Of a stretch of 64,000 nt of DNA, positions 12,061 to 25,403 are shown piece by piece; within the stretch, counting starts at the first letter, position 1, and every line of letters starts with the position of its first letter. Origin of the DNA: Batkoa obscura (lineage: Eukaryota); the NCBI GenBank assembly GCA_030770535.1, contig JASVEC010000026.1:558001-622000 (forward strand), in the 5' to 3' direction. The position numbers and the translations under genes were made by a program. The notes below the pieces were generated by a model that did no database searches, was not told the origin of the DNA, and saw only the letters and a program-made list of their open reading frames with translations.

Positions 12061-13718
12061 ATGAGTAGCTTAATTGAAGACAATGGCATTGGAGTACTAA
12101 ACTCTTCCTTAAGCTCATCCTCAAGCTTTTTTCAATTTATGAACCATTATTCAGTACCTCTATTCTATCTGCTATTCCCTGCTATATTTGTACCAATGAT
12201 CTTAATAAAGGTGATCTATTCAATCTTATCAATAGTATCTGGTGGTCCCAAATCATTATATCAGAAGAAAGGGCATGATTCTCTTTCTGGGGCATCGTCC
12301 AATGATATAGAATACTGGTTATGTCGATGCTCTATATGTTTTGATAAAAACCAAGAACTATGTCTTAACAGGTGTAGAGATCAATTTTGTAGGGATTGTT
12401 TTAACCGTTACGTTAAAGAAGTTGTAAATAATTCATGGGGATTAAACGTTACAAAAATAAAATGCCCAGTATGTCAAGACGTTTTGCCTATTTCAGAATG
12501 GAGCAGGGTAACTATAATAATTTGATAGAAATTAATAAATTCTAATGATTTTAGTATGTGGACTCAAAAACCTTAAGTCAATACAAATTATATAATAAAC
12601 CTTATCGTTCCATGAGCCGCTCTTGTGGCGAATGCGGAGAAGAAGTTTTTGCTGCAAAGGTTGAGTTAGAACTTAACGATAGTGGTAAAAGAAAGTAACT
12701 ATTTCATTAAAATCATTATTTGTTTTTTCTAATAATAACCAGATACATTGAAAGTCTTGAAAAGGATTGTCTTTCTTTGCTTATAAATGCAAATGTGGAT
12801 GCAAATTCAATAAAGAGATTTTTGGGTAGCCTTAAATACGATTATAGCTACTTTTTAGAAGGTAGAGTTTCTGGGGGAAGTGAAATATATAGAAAAACAG
12901 CCGATCATTTGATTCAACTTTTACCAGAGTAAGAATATTTTAACATTACTTTTTAAAATAATAATGTTTTTAGGACTTTTGGTGCAAATGAGCTAATGTG
13001 TAATAAATTGATGATTCGAGCATCTGAAATTTCATCTCGGTTAATTGCGATAGAATTAAAACCCGAAGTATGGAAAGAATTACAATTTGAGCATATTTCT
13101 AGATTTCCACAAACATTATGGTAAATTTACAATTGTTATTAAAAATGGCATGGCTTAACTTTATATTTAGCCATAAATGCAACAGCGTTTTATGTTTACT
13201 TTGTGGTTCCAACGACCATCATTATGGAATCTCATGCTTAGAATATATGAAAAGAAAAGTAGAAATTGGGGCAGAATCTGAAGAACAGCTTAAAAACATA
13301 AATTGGACACTAAAGAATAGGTAATTTAAGGTCATAAATCGCAATAGATATATATTAACTTTAATTTTAGTAAAAGCTGCCCACATTGTCGTATTTTAAT
13401 AAATAGAGACGATGGATGTAATAAAGTAGACTGCCTTTATTGTGGACATCGCTTCTGTTGGATTTGTTTATCCGCATGGTCAGAGGTATTTTAATTTTAA
13501 TTTCACTTTAAATCAAACTAATGATTTAGAAATGTGGCTTTTATCAATGCCAATCACTTCCAGTTTTGTTGAATGAATTAAGTCATAACGAAATTAGTTT
13601 GAATAGCGATAAAGTAACATTAAATTTAATTTTACGTATTAAATATTTAACATCTTTTTAGCCTGAACTTGGTATTCCGGATGTAATAACTATTGAGGCT
13701 AAATTTGGTCGAAATTAA
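12061..13718 (+). CDS. RBR (RING1-IBR-RING2) E3 ubiquitin ligase with an N-terminal hydrophobic segment (multi-exon)
   Basis: CSICFD...CRDQFCRDC...CPVC; CHKCNSVLCLLCG..HH..C; KSCPHCRILINRDDGCNKVDCLYCGHRFCWICL with the catalytic Cys. Confidence 0.8.
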
Positions 13719-14603
13719 ATTAATTTATTTATGCAAGCCGTGTATTATTTGATCTAATTTATATGAAGCCATTTTTCAGGACTATCCTTTTAGTTTAAAT
13801 TTATTGGTTATCAGTGTAACGTGTAATATATACCTATCCAAATAAGATTTTGATACAAGTTTTTACTTTCAATATCCATTTTCTTACTCTTAATGCTTGA
13901 AATAAAGTTGCCATTTCTATTTACTTTTTACCATATTCTAGTTTAGTATCTTAGTTTGAGTTATAAAAGTAGTTATAATTAAACGCATAAACGCTTCCAA
14001 AAATTTCAACTTGATTGTTTAGGGAGGCTCAATAAGCACCTTCTTGTAAAAGGAATTGAATCCCCTAATTGGAATACTTAACTGCTCTTTTTCTTTGAGT
14101 TATAGATCTATTCTTTGACTTGTGGTATTTCATTTTTTACGCATTGTTATATATTAGATATTGCTATTGTTTTATAACATTTTTTGAAAGGAATTTGCAT
14201 GCTCGACATATTACTTTGACTATATGCTAGATGAACAATCCGTATGAGACTTTTTTGAGCTTCCAGTAATTGTATAACCATCTTTTTATTTTTGAAGTTA
14301 AAATTAATTTTAAATTAAATATTTTTGAAATTTCAGATGACTAAATTAACTTGCTATTTTTCATTGAAAAGGATAGCCTTTTAAATATAATACTTTACCA
14401 TCTATAGCTTATACATTTCTCATAATTTTAATAAATTTCTTAACTACTCAACTTTCATATTACAAGTGTCCTTTAATGTTTTACTGATTACCTAATAATC
14501 GAAGAAAATTAATTTTAGTACCTTAGAGCCAATCAAACTCAAGTAATAGTGAATAAAATAAGCCATCAAAAAACAAAAAGAATCAATTTTACTAACAGAT
14601 AGA

Positions 14604-17600
14604 ATGGAGTTATTAAAAGAGAACATCAATCGAAAAGGAGGAGGGAATGAACTAGGTCATGGATTTATACATAGTTTAAGTCAATGGAGACAGGAGCCAT
14701 CGTTTAAGAATTTTAAGTAATAATTAACTATATAATATTTTTAAATTTAAATCTTAAAATTTAAAGCAAGCTTAAAACTAAAAAGGTCCATTTAGTACAA
14801 GAAAAAGATAAGTTTATAACATGTATGGCCAAAAGTGATGTAATAAATAAAATGTATAAACCGAATAGAAAAACTCACATTTGATTAGAATAGCCACTTC
14901 ATTGCGGTTGGAGCAGGTTCAAAAAGGAATAACTTATTTTTATCTATTGATGAAGGGGAAGAAATAAGTGTAATAATATTTTCATTCTATATTTAATATA
15001 TTTCTAAATTTTGAAACAGTGGCGTTCAACTTTTACTACTCCAACACCAATTTATTCATTATCATGGAGTGGTTCATATATATTATCAGGACATTGGGAT
15101 GGCTGTATAAGTTTATTAAAGCCACCTTTAGAATTTCTAAACAGTCCAGAAGACCCAGATAATAAAGAAACTCGACTGTTGATTAAAACGCAATACCATC
15201 ATAAACTAGAAACCAAAATTAAAAATTCTAGAATTTTAAACTTAGAGTTTAGTCCAACTCCCTATAATTATCCAGTATTGCCAAGTACCGATAAGTTTCA
15301 TTCATTATATGGTGGTCATCTATTTTATTGGGATGTCATGAACTCAAAAACTCCTATTTTTGTTCAACCTTTGGGAGAAAACGAGGCCCAAGCAAGTAAC
15401 TGGTGTCCAAATTATCAATCGATGCCAGGTATGATTGCTGTTGGTGATAATAAAGGGAGCATGAAAATAATTGATGTAAGGTCAAATAGGTTTGCTTTTA
15501 ATTCTGCATCTTTTCGTCATTGGAATTCTATTAACTCTTTAAAATGGTCCCCATTTGTACCTTATTGGTTGGCGTCTGCAGGTATTAATTAATCTGTATA
15601 ATATATTGTTTTGTTCTAAATATCGTAATCAGGTAATGATGGCATTCTTTCTGTATGGGATATAAGATACTCAAATTCGCCTGTTATGAAAATGGGTAGA
15701 GCCATTAATTCTCTTAGTTCAGTAAGCTATAAATGCTATAACTTTATATTTGATTAATATTATTCTAAGGTTGATTGGTCTAATTCTCATTCAGATCAAA
15801 TTATGGCAGCATCTTACGATTATAGAACTTATCTATATTCTTTAAATCAAGAGAATAATATGGGCTTAGTTGTTGCTGACAAACAAGGTTATACTAGTCC
15901 AATAACAGCAATAACTAGATCCAATTCCAAAGTAAATAGATTTTATGTAGTATCTGATATTGGAGAGTTGGGTTATTATGATTATTTGAACGATGTTTTA
16001 ATTAATGCTATTCCACATCGTATACCTAAACAACAAAAAGACTTATATCGTTGTGAAGATTTAATATATACAAGAAATTTGAAAGAAGCTAGTGAAAAAT
16101 TGATGCAATTGATACAGAATAGCTCAGGGGTAAGTCAAACAGCTTTAGATTTATTATGTGAGTCCATTCAAGGGTACCCTAATGATAAAGAAATTCAAAG
16201 TTTGAAAGATTTTAAATTGGAAGAAAAGAAGGAAGAAGTAATAGTAGATCCACAATTAAAGTTTAAGTCAGATGTTGAGAAATTTGCTTATTCTGTACCC
16301 TTTAATTTTTCAAGGATTCAGCCACTTTCAGTTTCCACCATAAATTCAAATTTTGCTAACGCTTCAAGCAATACTTTCCCTAGAAGATTAAGATACCTTA
16401 TTGAAAATAAGGCCTTAAAGGAACTTTTGGGCTTGGAAGAGTAAGTTTTCTTATTTGAAACATTTCGTTTTATTGACTGTTTTAGGGAAATTGTTAATTT
16501 ACTAGCATATAGTTACTCTGCTCCAATTGTTGATTTGGCTACCGTAAAAATACTTTAATTTATTTATTTTTATAATAATTTTAATTTAAAGGAAATCATT
16601 AAAAACATATTGTCTAAATATTGTTCCCAAGCCTTAGAGTTAACATTTAGTATGTTGAAAAAGCTACTAAATTTAAATCAGTCACAACACGATTATTCTT
16701 TATTAACACCATTAATTTACTCATTATTTTATCCAACTGTCTATGATATGGAAACTACAAATCCTTCAGGTCTTACTCGGCAAGATTCTATTAAGCAAAG
16801 TCCTCCAGCTAGACCTATGAGATCAGCTTCGAGAAGAAATATATTGTCACCTGAAGATATCCCTATAAAATCGCTAGATAGGTCAGGATCTACGTTACAA
16901 CGTAATAAATCCACATTAAAAAGATCAAACTCGGGATCTCCAGTTTTCGCACAAAGTAGGATATCTGAGTTATTGCTTAATCACTTTAAAGATATTTTAC
17001 CAATGCTACAGTTGGAAATGTAAGGGTATTTCATTTTTTTTAACCTTTATTTATATTTTATTAGTGAAATACAAAATATTGCTGTATCTTCAGGTTCGGA
17101 TACAGAAAAAGCAGGATCTTTAATTATTGCTGCCTTTATTAAAAGAATTGGAGTAACGGATATTCAAAATATTAGTCCCCAAAGTGTTACAATTAGCTCA
17201 GGAGCTATTAAACTATTTTTGAATGCGATGATACAACTTAAGAGATACGAAGAGTTTTTAATTTATAGCACGCTATTGGATAAAGCATTTAATAATAGTG
17301 ATTTAAATAAGTTAGTTGTGCAATTATCACAACAGAATATAGTCAGTAAATTTAATACGAAATTAGATGATTATTGCTCCAAACTTTGTTCGAGTACAGA
17401 TCAATCGAACTTATTTTTAACTGAAGATTTTTGGAAGGTTTATCAATTTTTATTGATTTCTGGGGTCAAGTTTAATTTCAATGTACTCGGATTAGAAGCT
17501 CCTACTCTTCATGAAAGATTAAAAACATTTTCACTTTCGTTTTATAATCATGCGCTTAGGCTTAAAGCTAAGGATTCTGATGATGCTGCCATTGTATTAA

Positions 17601-17758
17601 AATTTTTAAATACCATGTTTTTAAGTTTGTCATTGGAATGCCACACTAGACCTAAATCTTTCTCTAAATTAAGGTTAAACATTGTCTCTAATACCTCCGA
17701 TATCTCTGCCTATAGTCAAGCTTTAAAATCCCTTATGGAGCAACTATTAGAATCTTAG
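14604..17758 (+). CDS. WD40-repeat protein with a C-terminal helical region (multi-exon; start uncertain)
   Basis: IYSLSWSGSYILSGHWDG, LFYWD, INSLKWSPFVPYWLASAGNDGILSVWDIRY, VDWS...MAASYD; exons joined by GT-AG introns. Confidence 0.7.
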
Positions 17759-17950
17759 GTTTATTAATATTAATAATTATTTTAAATTATCATTATTTTT
17801 TATTAGTTAATTTAAATTCGATTTTTTTTAAAGTTTAATAAAAATAACAAAAATTATACATATTATATAAAGCTATCCTTTAAAACTAAAATTGATTTGT
17901 TATAAATTTTAAACTTGATTTACAAAAACTCATTTTTTTATTCACAATTT

Positions 17951-18830
17951 ATGAACGTCATGGAAAAATTAAATTTATTAATCAAGAAAAAAGAAAGCTT
18001 AGAAAATGAATTAAAAGGATATGAAGCCATATTAAGAGAGGTAAACAAAAATTAAATTACTATTTAATATTATAACTGTAATAGAACAAAGTTGGATTAG
18101 AAGGTTCCTTAGTAGATATAGAAGGATTTCCAAGAGCAGATATTGATATTCCAACAGTAAGGAATACTCGAGTTAAAATCATTCGTAAGTAAATTATTTA
18201 AATGTTAGCATTTATTGAAAGTATTAGGCGGTAGAAATGATTTAAAAGAGATCATGGAAGGGATTGAAAAAGCATTAGTGGATTATCATAAGGAAGGTAG
18301 CGATGTAAAGGAAGAACCGGTTAATATGTAAATAAATTTTAAAATTCAAGAAAAAAATAAGTTTATAGTTTAGAGAATTAAACCCGTTCGCTGAGGTCAA
18401 CAAAGTGAGTGTCAATAGCCCAGGATATAAAGCAGTATGTTTCAATTTAATTTTTATCTTAAAAAATGTTCAATTCCTTTAGGGACTGAGAAGTGGGGAT
18501 TTAATAACTAAATTTCACACTGTTGTTAAAACTGATGATAAACCGCTTCAACAACTACCAGGTGTTTTAAACGAGAATGAAGAGGTAACTGAATCAACTG
18601 TTATTTTCAATATATACTAATGGGAAATAAAATAGAAAAAAATTCAAATACATATTTTAAGGGGTAGCTATAAAGCTATCCGTAGACCTATGGTGTTAAC
18701 TTTGACACCTACTAAAAACTGGGGAGATGAAGTAAACTCAAGTTTACTAGGGTAATTGTTATTGTTTATTTACTACTATTTTAATAATCGTTTTTTTAGC
18801 TGTCACATATTGCCTTATGATAAAGAATAA
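17951..18830 (+). CDS. NAS2: 26S proteasome assembly chaperone Nas2/PSMD9 (PDZ-like; multi-exon; absent from the ORF track)
   Basis: SLVDIEGFPRADIDIPTVRNTRVKII..RNDLK, PFAEVNKVSVNSPGYKAGLRSGDLITKF, LTLTPTKNWG...LLGCHILP. Confidence 0.88.
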
Positions 18831-19493
18831 ATTTCTATTAACTGAGTCCATCATTTATTCACTATTCTATCCACTCAATAAACCATAAAATAAGTAATAT
18901 TGAATAAAAAAATATGTGGTAGAATAATCAGAGGTATTTTTTAAAACTCAAGTATTATTATATTATTTAATATAAAACTAAACATTTTATCTAAAAGTTT
19001 ATACTTCTCCATTCTTAATGTATTAATATATAATCAATATTTTATGGTGTAATTTTTTTATTTTCATGTACTTTGTTATAAACAATCATTGCTGTGATGA
19101 TAAATTGGCGTCCTTACTTAGCATAGGCTATTTTCAAAATATAGTTAAAACAATTTTTTATCCCCTCTTTTAACTTCTAATAAAATGAGTTTCAAGCGAT
19201 TGTTAGCTAAACTACCTTTTTCTTATTATTTTTAAAAAGTATCCAAAATAGTTAATAGATGTTACAGCTCTATTTTATCATACTATTATCAGTTATATTA
19301 TAAATTTAAGATATAATGTTAGTATTATATTATTATAAATCCCAGCTTAACTTTATAATAAACTACCTGATATACTCTTATTAAATATAGAGACCCAATC
19401 AAATTTCTATTCATGGTTTGAGCTCTACAATTTTCAAAAAATTATTGAACTTTATTTTTTATGTTATTAATTTTTAGTTGCTATTTTTAAATA

Positions 19494-21077
19494 ATGTATA
19501 GGTCGGGAAGTTTTTTTAACAAGCCAAAGAAGAGAAGTAAGAGCAGTGGACAAGATCGTAGGAAGGATGTAGTAAGATCAGGAAATAGTAGTAAATCAAA
19601 CAGCAAGTCGAATGGGGATATTAAAATAAGGCTTACGGTGGAAGCGTTAAGGATGGGAAATAATAATAAAACAAAAAGTAATGGTAGAAAGAGGAAGAAA
19701 AGTGCAGAAGAAGAAGAAGAAGATTCAGGGGATGATGCGGGAGGTTTAGGCGAAGAAGAAGATTTTTTGGAAGAGCATACTATCTTAAGAGTGCCTATTT
19801 TTTTAGCTGATAGAATTAGGGAGCTTATAAAAACAAAAGAAGGTGCACAATCAATTGGGCTCACATTTTCACGTAATTTGAAATCATAATTTTTTATTAA
19901 TGGTTATTAAATTGTTAAATTAGAACCAAGAGAAGGGGCGATTAAGATAAAAAATAAAGGATATCCCGTTAAATTGGTTGATTTACCAACGCTTATTGAG
20001 TCTCAAAAAATATTCAATAATAAACAAATGGTTAAAATTGCAGATATATCTCAGGTAATAACATTTTATATTCTATTTGAACATGAAGCTTAATTTATGT
20101 GAAGATGATTGTAGTTGACGATCCAACACTCAAACCCTCAAGACCAAATAAAAAAGACCCTTATATTTGGAGTGATGGAATAACCCCACCGCTTAAAAAT
20201 GTTAGGAAAAGAAGATTTAGGAAAAGAGTTTCAAGACAGGTAAAACATTTATGGCTATATAATAGTACTTATTAATATTTAGACAATTGAAATTGTTGAA
20301 AATGAACTTGAGAGATTATTAGCTGAAGATGTAAAGGCCGATGACGTCACCTATGGTAATGAAAAGTAATAGTGTTTAATGCGATTTTACTAAAAATAAA
20401 TAGAACTAGCTGATGCTTCGGATGGGAATGATTCCGACAATTCAGGAAAAGAATTAAATGTTGAAGACAATATTTCAAGAGCTGGAACAGAAGCATTGAC
20501 ACCTGGAGCAGAAGAAGAAACCAACACAGAGATTGATTATGAGAACGAAGGAGGCTACTTAGATCTTGAAAAAGTAGATGAAAGTAGCAGTGTGACAAAA
20601 ATTGAAAATGGATTTAATAAAGACAAAGCAAAAGTTTCTGATGACGATGAAGATGAAGATGATGAAGATGAAAGAGAATCAGATAATAATGATGAAAGCG
20701 GCTCAGCTGATGATGATGATGAAACTGAATCCGGTGATAGTGATGAAACTGAATCTGAATCTGATGGTAATATTATTAGTCTATATATCTATACTAAGAT
20801 TGTTAATTTTATTTTAGACGATGAAGAAACTGCTAAAGAAAAATCAACATTAAAAGAAGCTAAGAAAGATACAATAGCAATGATTGCTAAGAGGACAGCG
20901 GAATATAAAACAGCTACTAATCCTATTATTAGGGTAATTTTATAAATAATAGCTTAGTTGTATATAACATTAATTAATATCATTTAGGCTCGTTTTGAAG
21001 CTATACTGGTTAAGCTTAATAGTGACTTAGATGAAATTCAAACTAGATTGGATGATATTTCTAGAAAAAATGATTAA
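19494..21077 (+). CDS. TAF7: TFIID subunit TAF7 (multi-exon)
   Basis: LEEHTILRVP, KLVDLPTLIESQK, KIADISQMIVV, WSDGITPPLKNVRKRRFRKR; acidic tract; C-terminal coiled coil with ATNPIIRARF. Confidence 0.88.
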
Positions 21078-21460
21078 ACAATGCACTACTAATGTTTACT
21101 TACCTGAATTAAATACTATATTATTATTCATTTATTTTGTTATTAATAAATTTTTATAATTAATGATTTAGTTAAACTTTTATTGAGTTAGTATACTAAT
21201 TTAGTAAGCGTCTTACATTAATATTTAAATACCTTCATTGTCAAATTTTTAAATACTTAACAATATTTTATTGATTAATTTATTTAATCCGTTTAGTTTT
21301 TAATTTAGTTATTCCTATGCATAAATATGACCATTTTAAAAAAACTGATTTAATGGAAATTAGTAAAAGTTTATATGCCTTTAAAACAACAATTATTATC
21401 AATTGTTTCTTTAAATATTTATTTATAACTACTTAAGCAAATCCATCAGGAAGTATGGAT

Positions 21461-21653
21461 TATTAGGCCAGTCATAAGATAACCCTACAATTCAAGCACA
21501 TAAAAAATAGCAATCTATTAGCTGGAACTGTAATATTTTTTAACTCTAAAAATAAATTTTCTCATGTAAATTTTTTATGGCATTGTAGTTATTCACTTTT
21601 ACAGGTTTTTTGTTTGCCCGAAGCTATAAGGTTATCTTATGACCAATCTAGTA
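21461..21653. mobile_element. Putative MITE family B (~190 bp, ~45-bp imperfect TIRs)
   Basis: tattaggccagtcataagataaccctac... pairs with ...tataaggttatcttatgaccaatctagta. Confidence 0.55.
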
Positions 21654-21749
21654 TAAGCAAACATTACAATCGTCAAAAATCACCTTAGATTCATTTCACG
21701 ATAAAAATTTAAGTTTTATATAATAAATTATTTCAATTAGATTGCTACT

Positions 21750-21831
21750 GGCAGTTTGTCCGAGTGGTTAAGGAGTCACACTCGAAATGTGATGGGCTCT
21801 GCCCGCACAGGTTCAAATCCTGTAGCTGTCG
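21750..21831 (+). tRNA. tRNA-Ser (CGA)
   Basis: Acceptor stem GGCAGTT/AGCTGTC, anticodon arm TCACA-CTCGAAA-TGTGA, long variable arm GGGC-TCT-GCCC, GGTTCAAATCC T-arm, downstream T-run. Confidence 0.95.
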
Positions 21832-21950
21832 AGTTGGATTTTTTTTTTCTACCAAGAATAATTAATTATACAAATGAGATACAAGTCCTTTTTATTTCAG
21901 AATATTAAGTTTATTTCAAAAAACTTTAATGGTTAACTTTTTACAATATA

Positions 21951-22045
21951 TGGGGGTGCTTTTGGTTTCATTACTTTTTCTACTTTTAAGTACTATTTAA
22001 GTGGAAAGGCTATCAGTGAAATTAAACAAAAATATATATATTCAT
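21951..22045 (+). mobile_element. MITE family A, copy 5
   Basis: TA|TGGGGGTGCTTTTGGTTTCATT...; right TIR decayed. Confidence 0.75.
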
Positions 22046-22733
22046 ACAATCCTTCAGTAAATAAACAATTTAAATCTAACATTTGAGCCAAATATGTATT
22101 TTTAGCTAAAAATAACTCCAAGTATTCAGATTTTCGTTCGAACTATATTAACGTATATAAAAGTATAATATTTTATTCTTGTTAGAAATTTATCTAGTTT
22201 AAAATATATTTTTAAATTGTTATTTTAAAAAAAACTTAAAAATAGCTGTTAATTTTAATTTACAAAAATAGAAATGATTATAATGATTTACTTAAATCAT
22301 TAGAAAATAGAATAGAATAAAATATTGTTTTTATAAAAATAAGAACATTATTAGCTTTTTACACTATAAAATAAACTTTTCTATTATTGTTTTATTAACT
22401 CGAATAAAATAAAGCTAAATATATTATGTAGAAACTAAACTAATTCAACTTATTTTGAAAATTGATTTTATTTAATTTTATATAGAATCAACTGTTTAAA
22501 TAGCAAAAATTAAAAAATCAAGGTATGGGCAAAAAGATATTTAAATAATATTCAAATAGTGATAGCTAGTGTTATAAATTTTGAAATGATAATGATATAA
22601 ATTTAATCACCTGCATTTAATTATCTAAAACCTTAATGATAGCCTATAAATGTAGCTAATAATAAAAAAGTTAACTACGAATTATTATTTAAAAAATGGT
22701 TAAATAAACTGCGACTATAAATAAATATATATA

Positions 22734-22833
22734 TAAGGATGTTTTTTTGGTTTCATTATTTTTTCCATTTTTTAAGCGCTATTTGAGCGGAAAAATTGTT
22801 AGTAAAATTCTTAAACAAAAAAATACATCCCCA
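22734..22833 (+). mobile_element. MITE family A, copy 6
   Basis: Ends AAATACATCCCCA|TA, ~60 bp upstream of the lipase ATG. Confidence 0.85.
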
Positions 22834-22894
22834 TATAATAAAAATAAAACAATAGCTAATCAATTCTTCTTAGAATATATCTGAGTATAAAAAT

Positions 22895-24179
22895 ATGACA
22901 TTCAATAACTGTGATACCAATGAAAGATATTACACATCCAGCGATGGTGATAAAATCTACCTTAAAGAATGGCTGGTAAATCTTATTTTACTCATTTTAA
23001 AATTAAAATCATATACTAATCAAACCTCAAATTAGCCAAAAAACAAGCCAATTGAAGCAATATTGATAGCAACTCATGGATACTGTGAGCACATCAATCG
23101 ATATCATAATTTTTTTACCAAAATGGCTAGTCAGGGTATTAAAATTCTAGGATATGATCAAGTAGGCCATGGTAACACAGCAAAAGCTAATCAAAATAGC
23201 TATGCAAGAGGAAATACATTAGATAAATGTTTAACTATTTTACAAGATCTTGTAAATCAAGAGAGATCGTATCAATTACCCTTATTTCTTTTTGGCCATA
23301 GTTGGGTAAACTTTTGGAAATTCGCTTAATATAATTTTTATTTATTATTTAAAAGGGTGGCGCCATTGTTTTAACTTTTTTGGCAAAATCAAAAGAAGTC
23401 AACTTAATTGAAGGGGTTATTGTGGCTTGTAACGAAATTCTAAGAAATTTTATTTGAAAATATTAATATGGCTATTAGCACCAGGGATTGAATTAAGTGA
23501 AGCCTGCTCACCAGGACCTATATTTAAGCTCTTGTTACCTTATTTGGCTTACTTATTTCCAAGATTTATGATCCAACAAAGGATTGGTAGGGCTTTCTTT
23601 CTAAATTATACTAATTCGTCATGTTATTGATCCTTTTTTAGACTCTTATTTTATCTCTAAAGATGAAGAAGAAGTAGAAAGATATAGCAAAGATTTACAA
23701 GTAAATAGAGAAGCGGAGCTACGAATGGGTGAGTCAATTCATATACTCTTTATACTCGTTTAGTTAATTATTTCATTTTTAGCTTCTCAACTTATTTCTA
23801 CTGGAGAAAATTTATTACATAAAGATTATAAAACTATTAAATGTAAGAATCTTTATTTATTACAAGGTTCAGAAGATCCAATTGTTACTCTATCTGAGTT
23901 CAAATCGTTTGTAGCAAAATTGGAACAGTGTAATCAAATTACTAATTTAAAGGTGGATTATATTGAGGATTGTAGACATGAGCGTAAGTATTTGATATTG
24001 TTTTAGAACTTGATTTGTAAATGTTTTATTTTGTAGTACATAATGACATTAAAAAAGATTTAGTAAGTTTGCTGTTTTAAATATTGTAACAAATGTTAAC
24101 AAATTTTTAGATCTTAGAAAATTATATTAAGTTTATAAAGGATTGTTTAAGTAGTAATGGCAATGATTCAGATCCTTAA
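22895..24179 (+). CDS. Alpha/beta hydrolase, monoglyceride lipase/lysophospholipase-like (multi-exon)
   Basis: HGYCEHINRY, YDQVGHG, nucleophile elbow GHSW/GG split by an intron, LQGSEDPIV (Asp), CRHE/LHND (His). Confidence 0.85.
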
Positions 24180-25124
24180 CTATAATTTTATTATAAAGAT
24201 TATGTAATAAATAAGCGTTTTTTCAAAATTATTTTGTTGGCAAAACTAATTGTTAAATCATTATTTAAAAAACTTAGTATTTTCCCATATAAACTATTAA
24301 GGTTATAACCGGAATCTCAATCCATTGACAAAGAAATTGGGCAGCAACTTTTAAGGGGGAAATAAAATACTAAATTACAAACATAGTTAGTAAAAAAAAT
24401 AGCTCATCTATTATTATTTCATCTATATTTCACAGTTCTTGATAACAATATTCAATCTAGAACTAAGGATAATCTAATAATAAAAAATGGGGTTAAATTT
24501 CAATAATTAACTATGTAAATAAGCTCCACTTAATTCTTAAGTTTTTAGTAACAAGGGTAACTAAAATCTTAACATACCAAATGCAGTAAGTTAATAATAA
24601 TTATCCCCAATTTTTGCTATTCATTATTTTATTATTGCCGCCTATTTTAATACTCTTATATTTTTATTGTAGTCTCTTGAAATATTGTTATAATTTTAAG
24701 CTCTACTAATTTAACTATAATTTCATAACAAATAAATTATCATTGAAATCATCACTATCAGCTTACTTATCATAAATCCACTCAATTGGTTACTTCATTG
24801 ATTCACTGAAAGTTAAAATTAGAACCTACAAGGACATAAAACGATTATTATTGGCGTAAACCCAGATTCCCCGCTAATCTTATTACAAAATAATATGATA
24901 GAAATAAAAATTAAACAACTATAAAATATTAATTAAAAGTCTAGACAATAAATTATTTATTTTCAAATACAGTACAGTGTATATTCATTTTCAATCACAG
25001 ATGACTATGAAGAAAGAAGCGGTGTATATAGGGAGCTATTTGTTAGTTAAAGTTATGATGCTACAAAGGGGAAAGGATGAATAATGATAATTGGAGTTTT
25101 CTTGGTTATGAACGATACACTAGC

Positions 25125-25403
25125 TTATATCCTTGTTATAGCATGATGATTGATATTTTTAAAGGTAGGTTTATCTAAAGAATCGATAAATGAGTCCATA
25201 CATTTTTCCCAAACTTGAAAAGCGGAACCTTTTAAACTGGATTGATCAATATGAACTAAATAATCATCTTCTTCATCGAGATAAGCAGCTTCTAAATCGC
25301 TGATAGAAGATTTTGGTGATAGATATCTTTGCTCACATCCTAAGGTAATGTTATCTTGTTCTTGGATGGAAAAGATGGAATCGGAATCAAATAAACAACT
25401 CAT
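25125..25403 (-). CDS. Hypothetical acidic protein (92 aa)
   Basis: Clean ATG-TAA ORF, less AT-rich than its flanks, with a TATAAATA-like motif ~70 bp upstream; no recognisable domain. Confidence 0.45.
   Translation of the reverse strand: MSCLFDSDSIFSIQEQDNITLGCEQRYLSPKSSISDLEAAYLDEEDDYLVHIDQSSLKGSAFQVWEKCMDSFIDSLDKPTFKNINHHAITRI

Noticed and set aside
19487..20817. Antisense and alternative-frame ORFs over TAF7 (and similar ones over VPS10, IRE1, TMF1 and the Reeler gene)
   Set aside because: Shadow frames of real coding sequence with low-complexity translations.
21750..21831. Long-variable-arm tRNA as tRNA-Sec or a recoding tRNA
   Set aside because: Anticodon CGA, a 7-bp acceptor stem and G discriminator indicate an ordinary tRNA-Ser.
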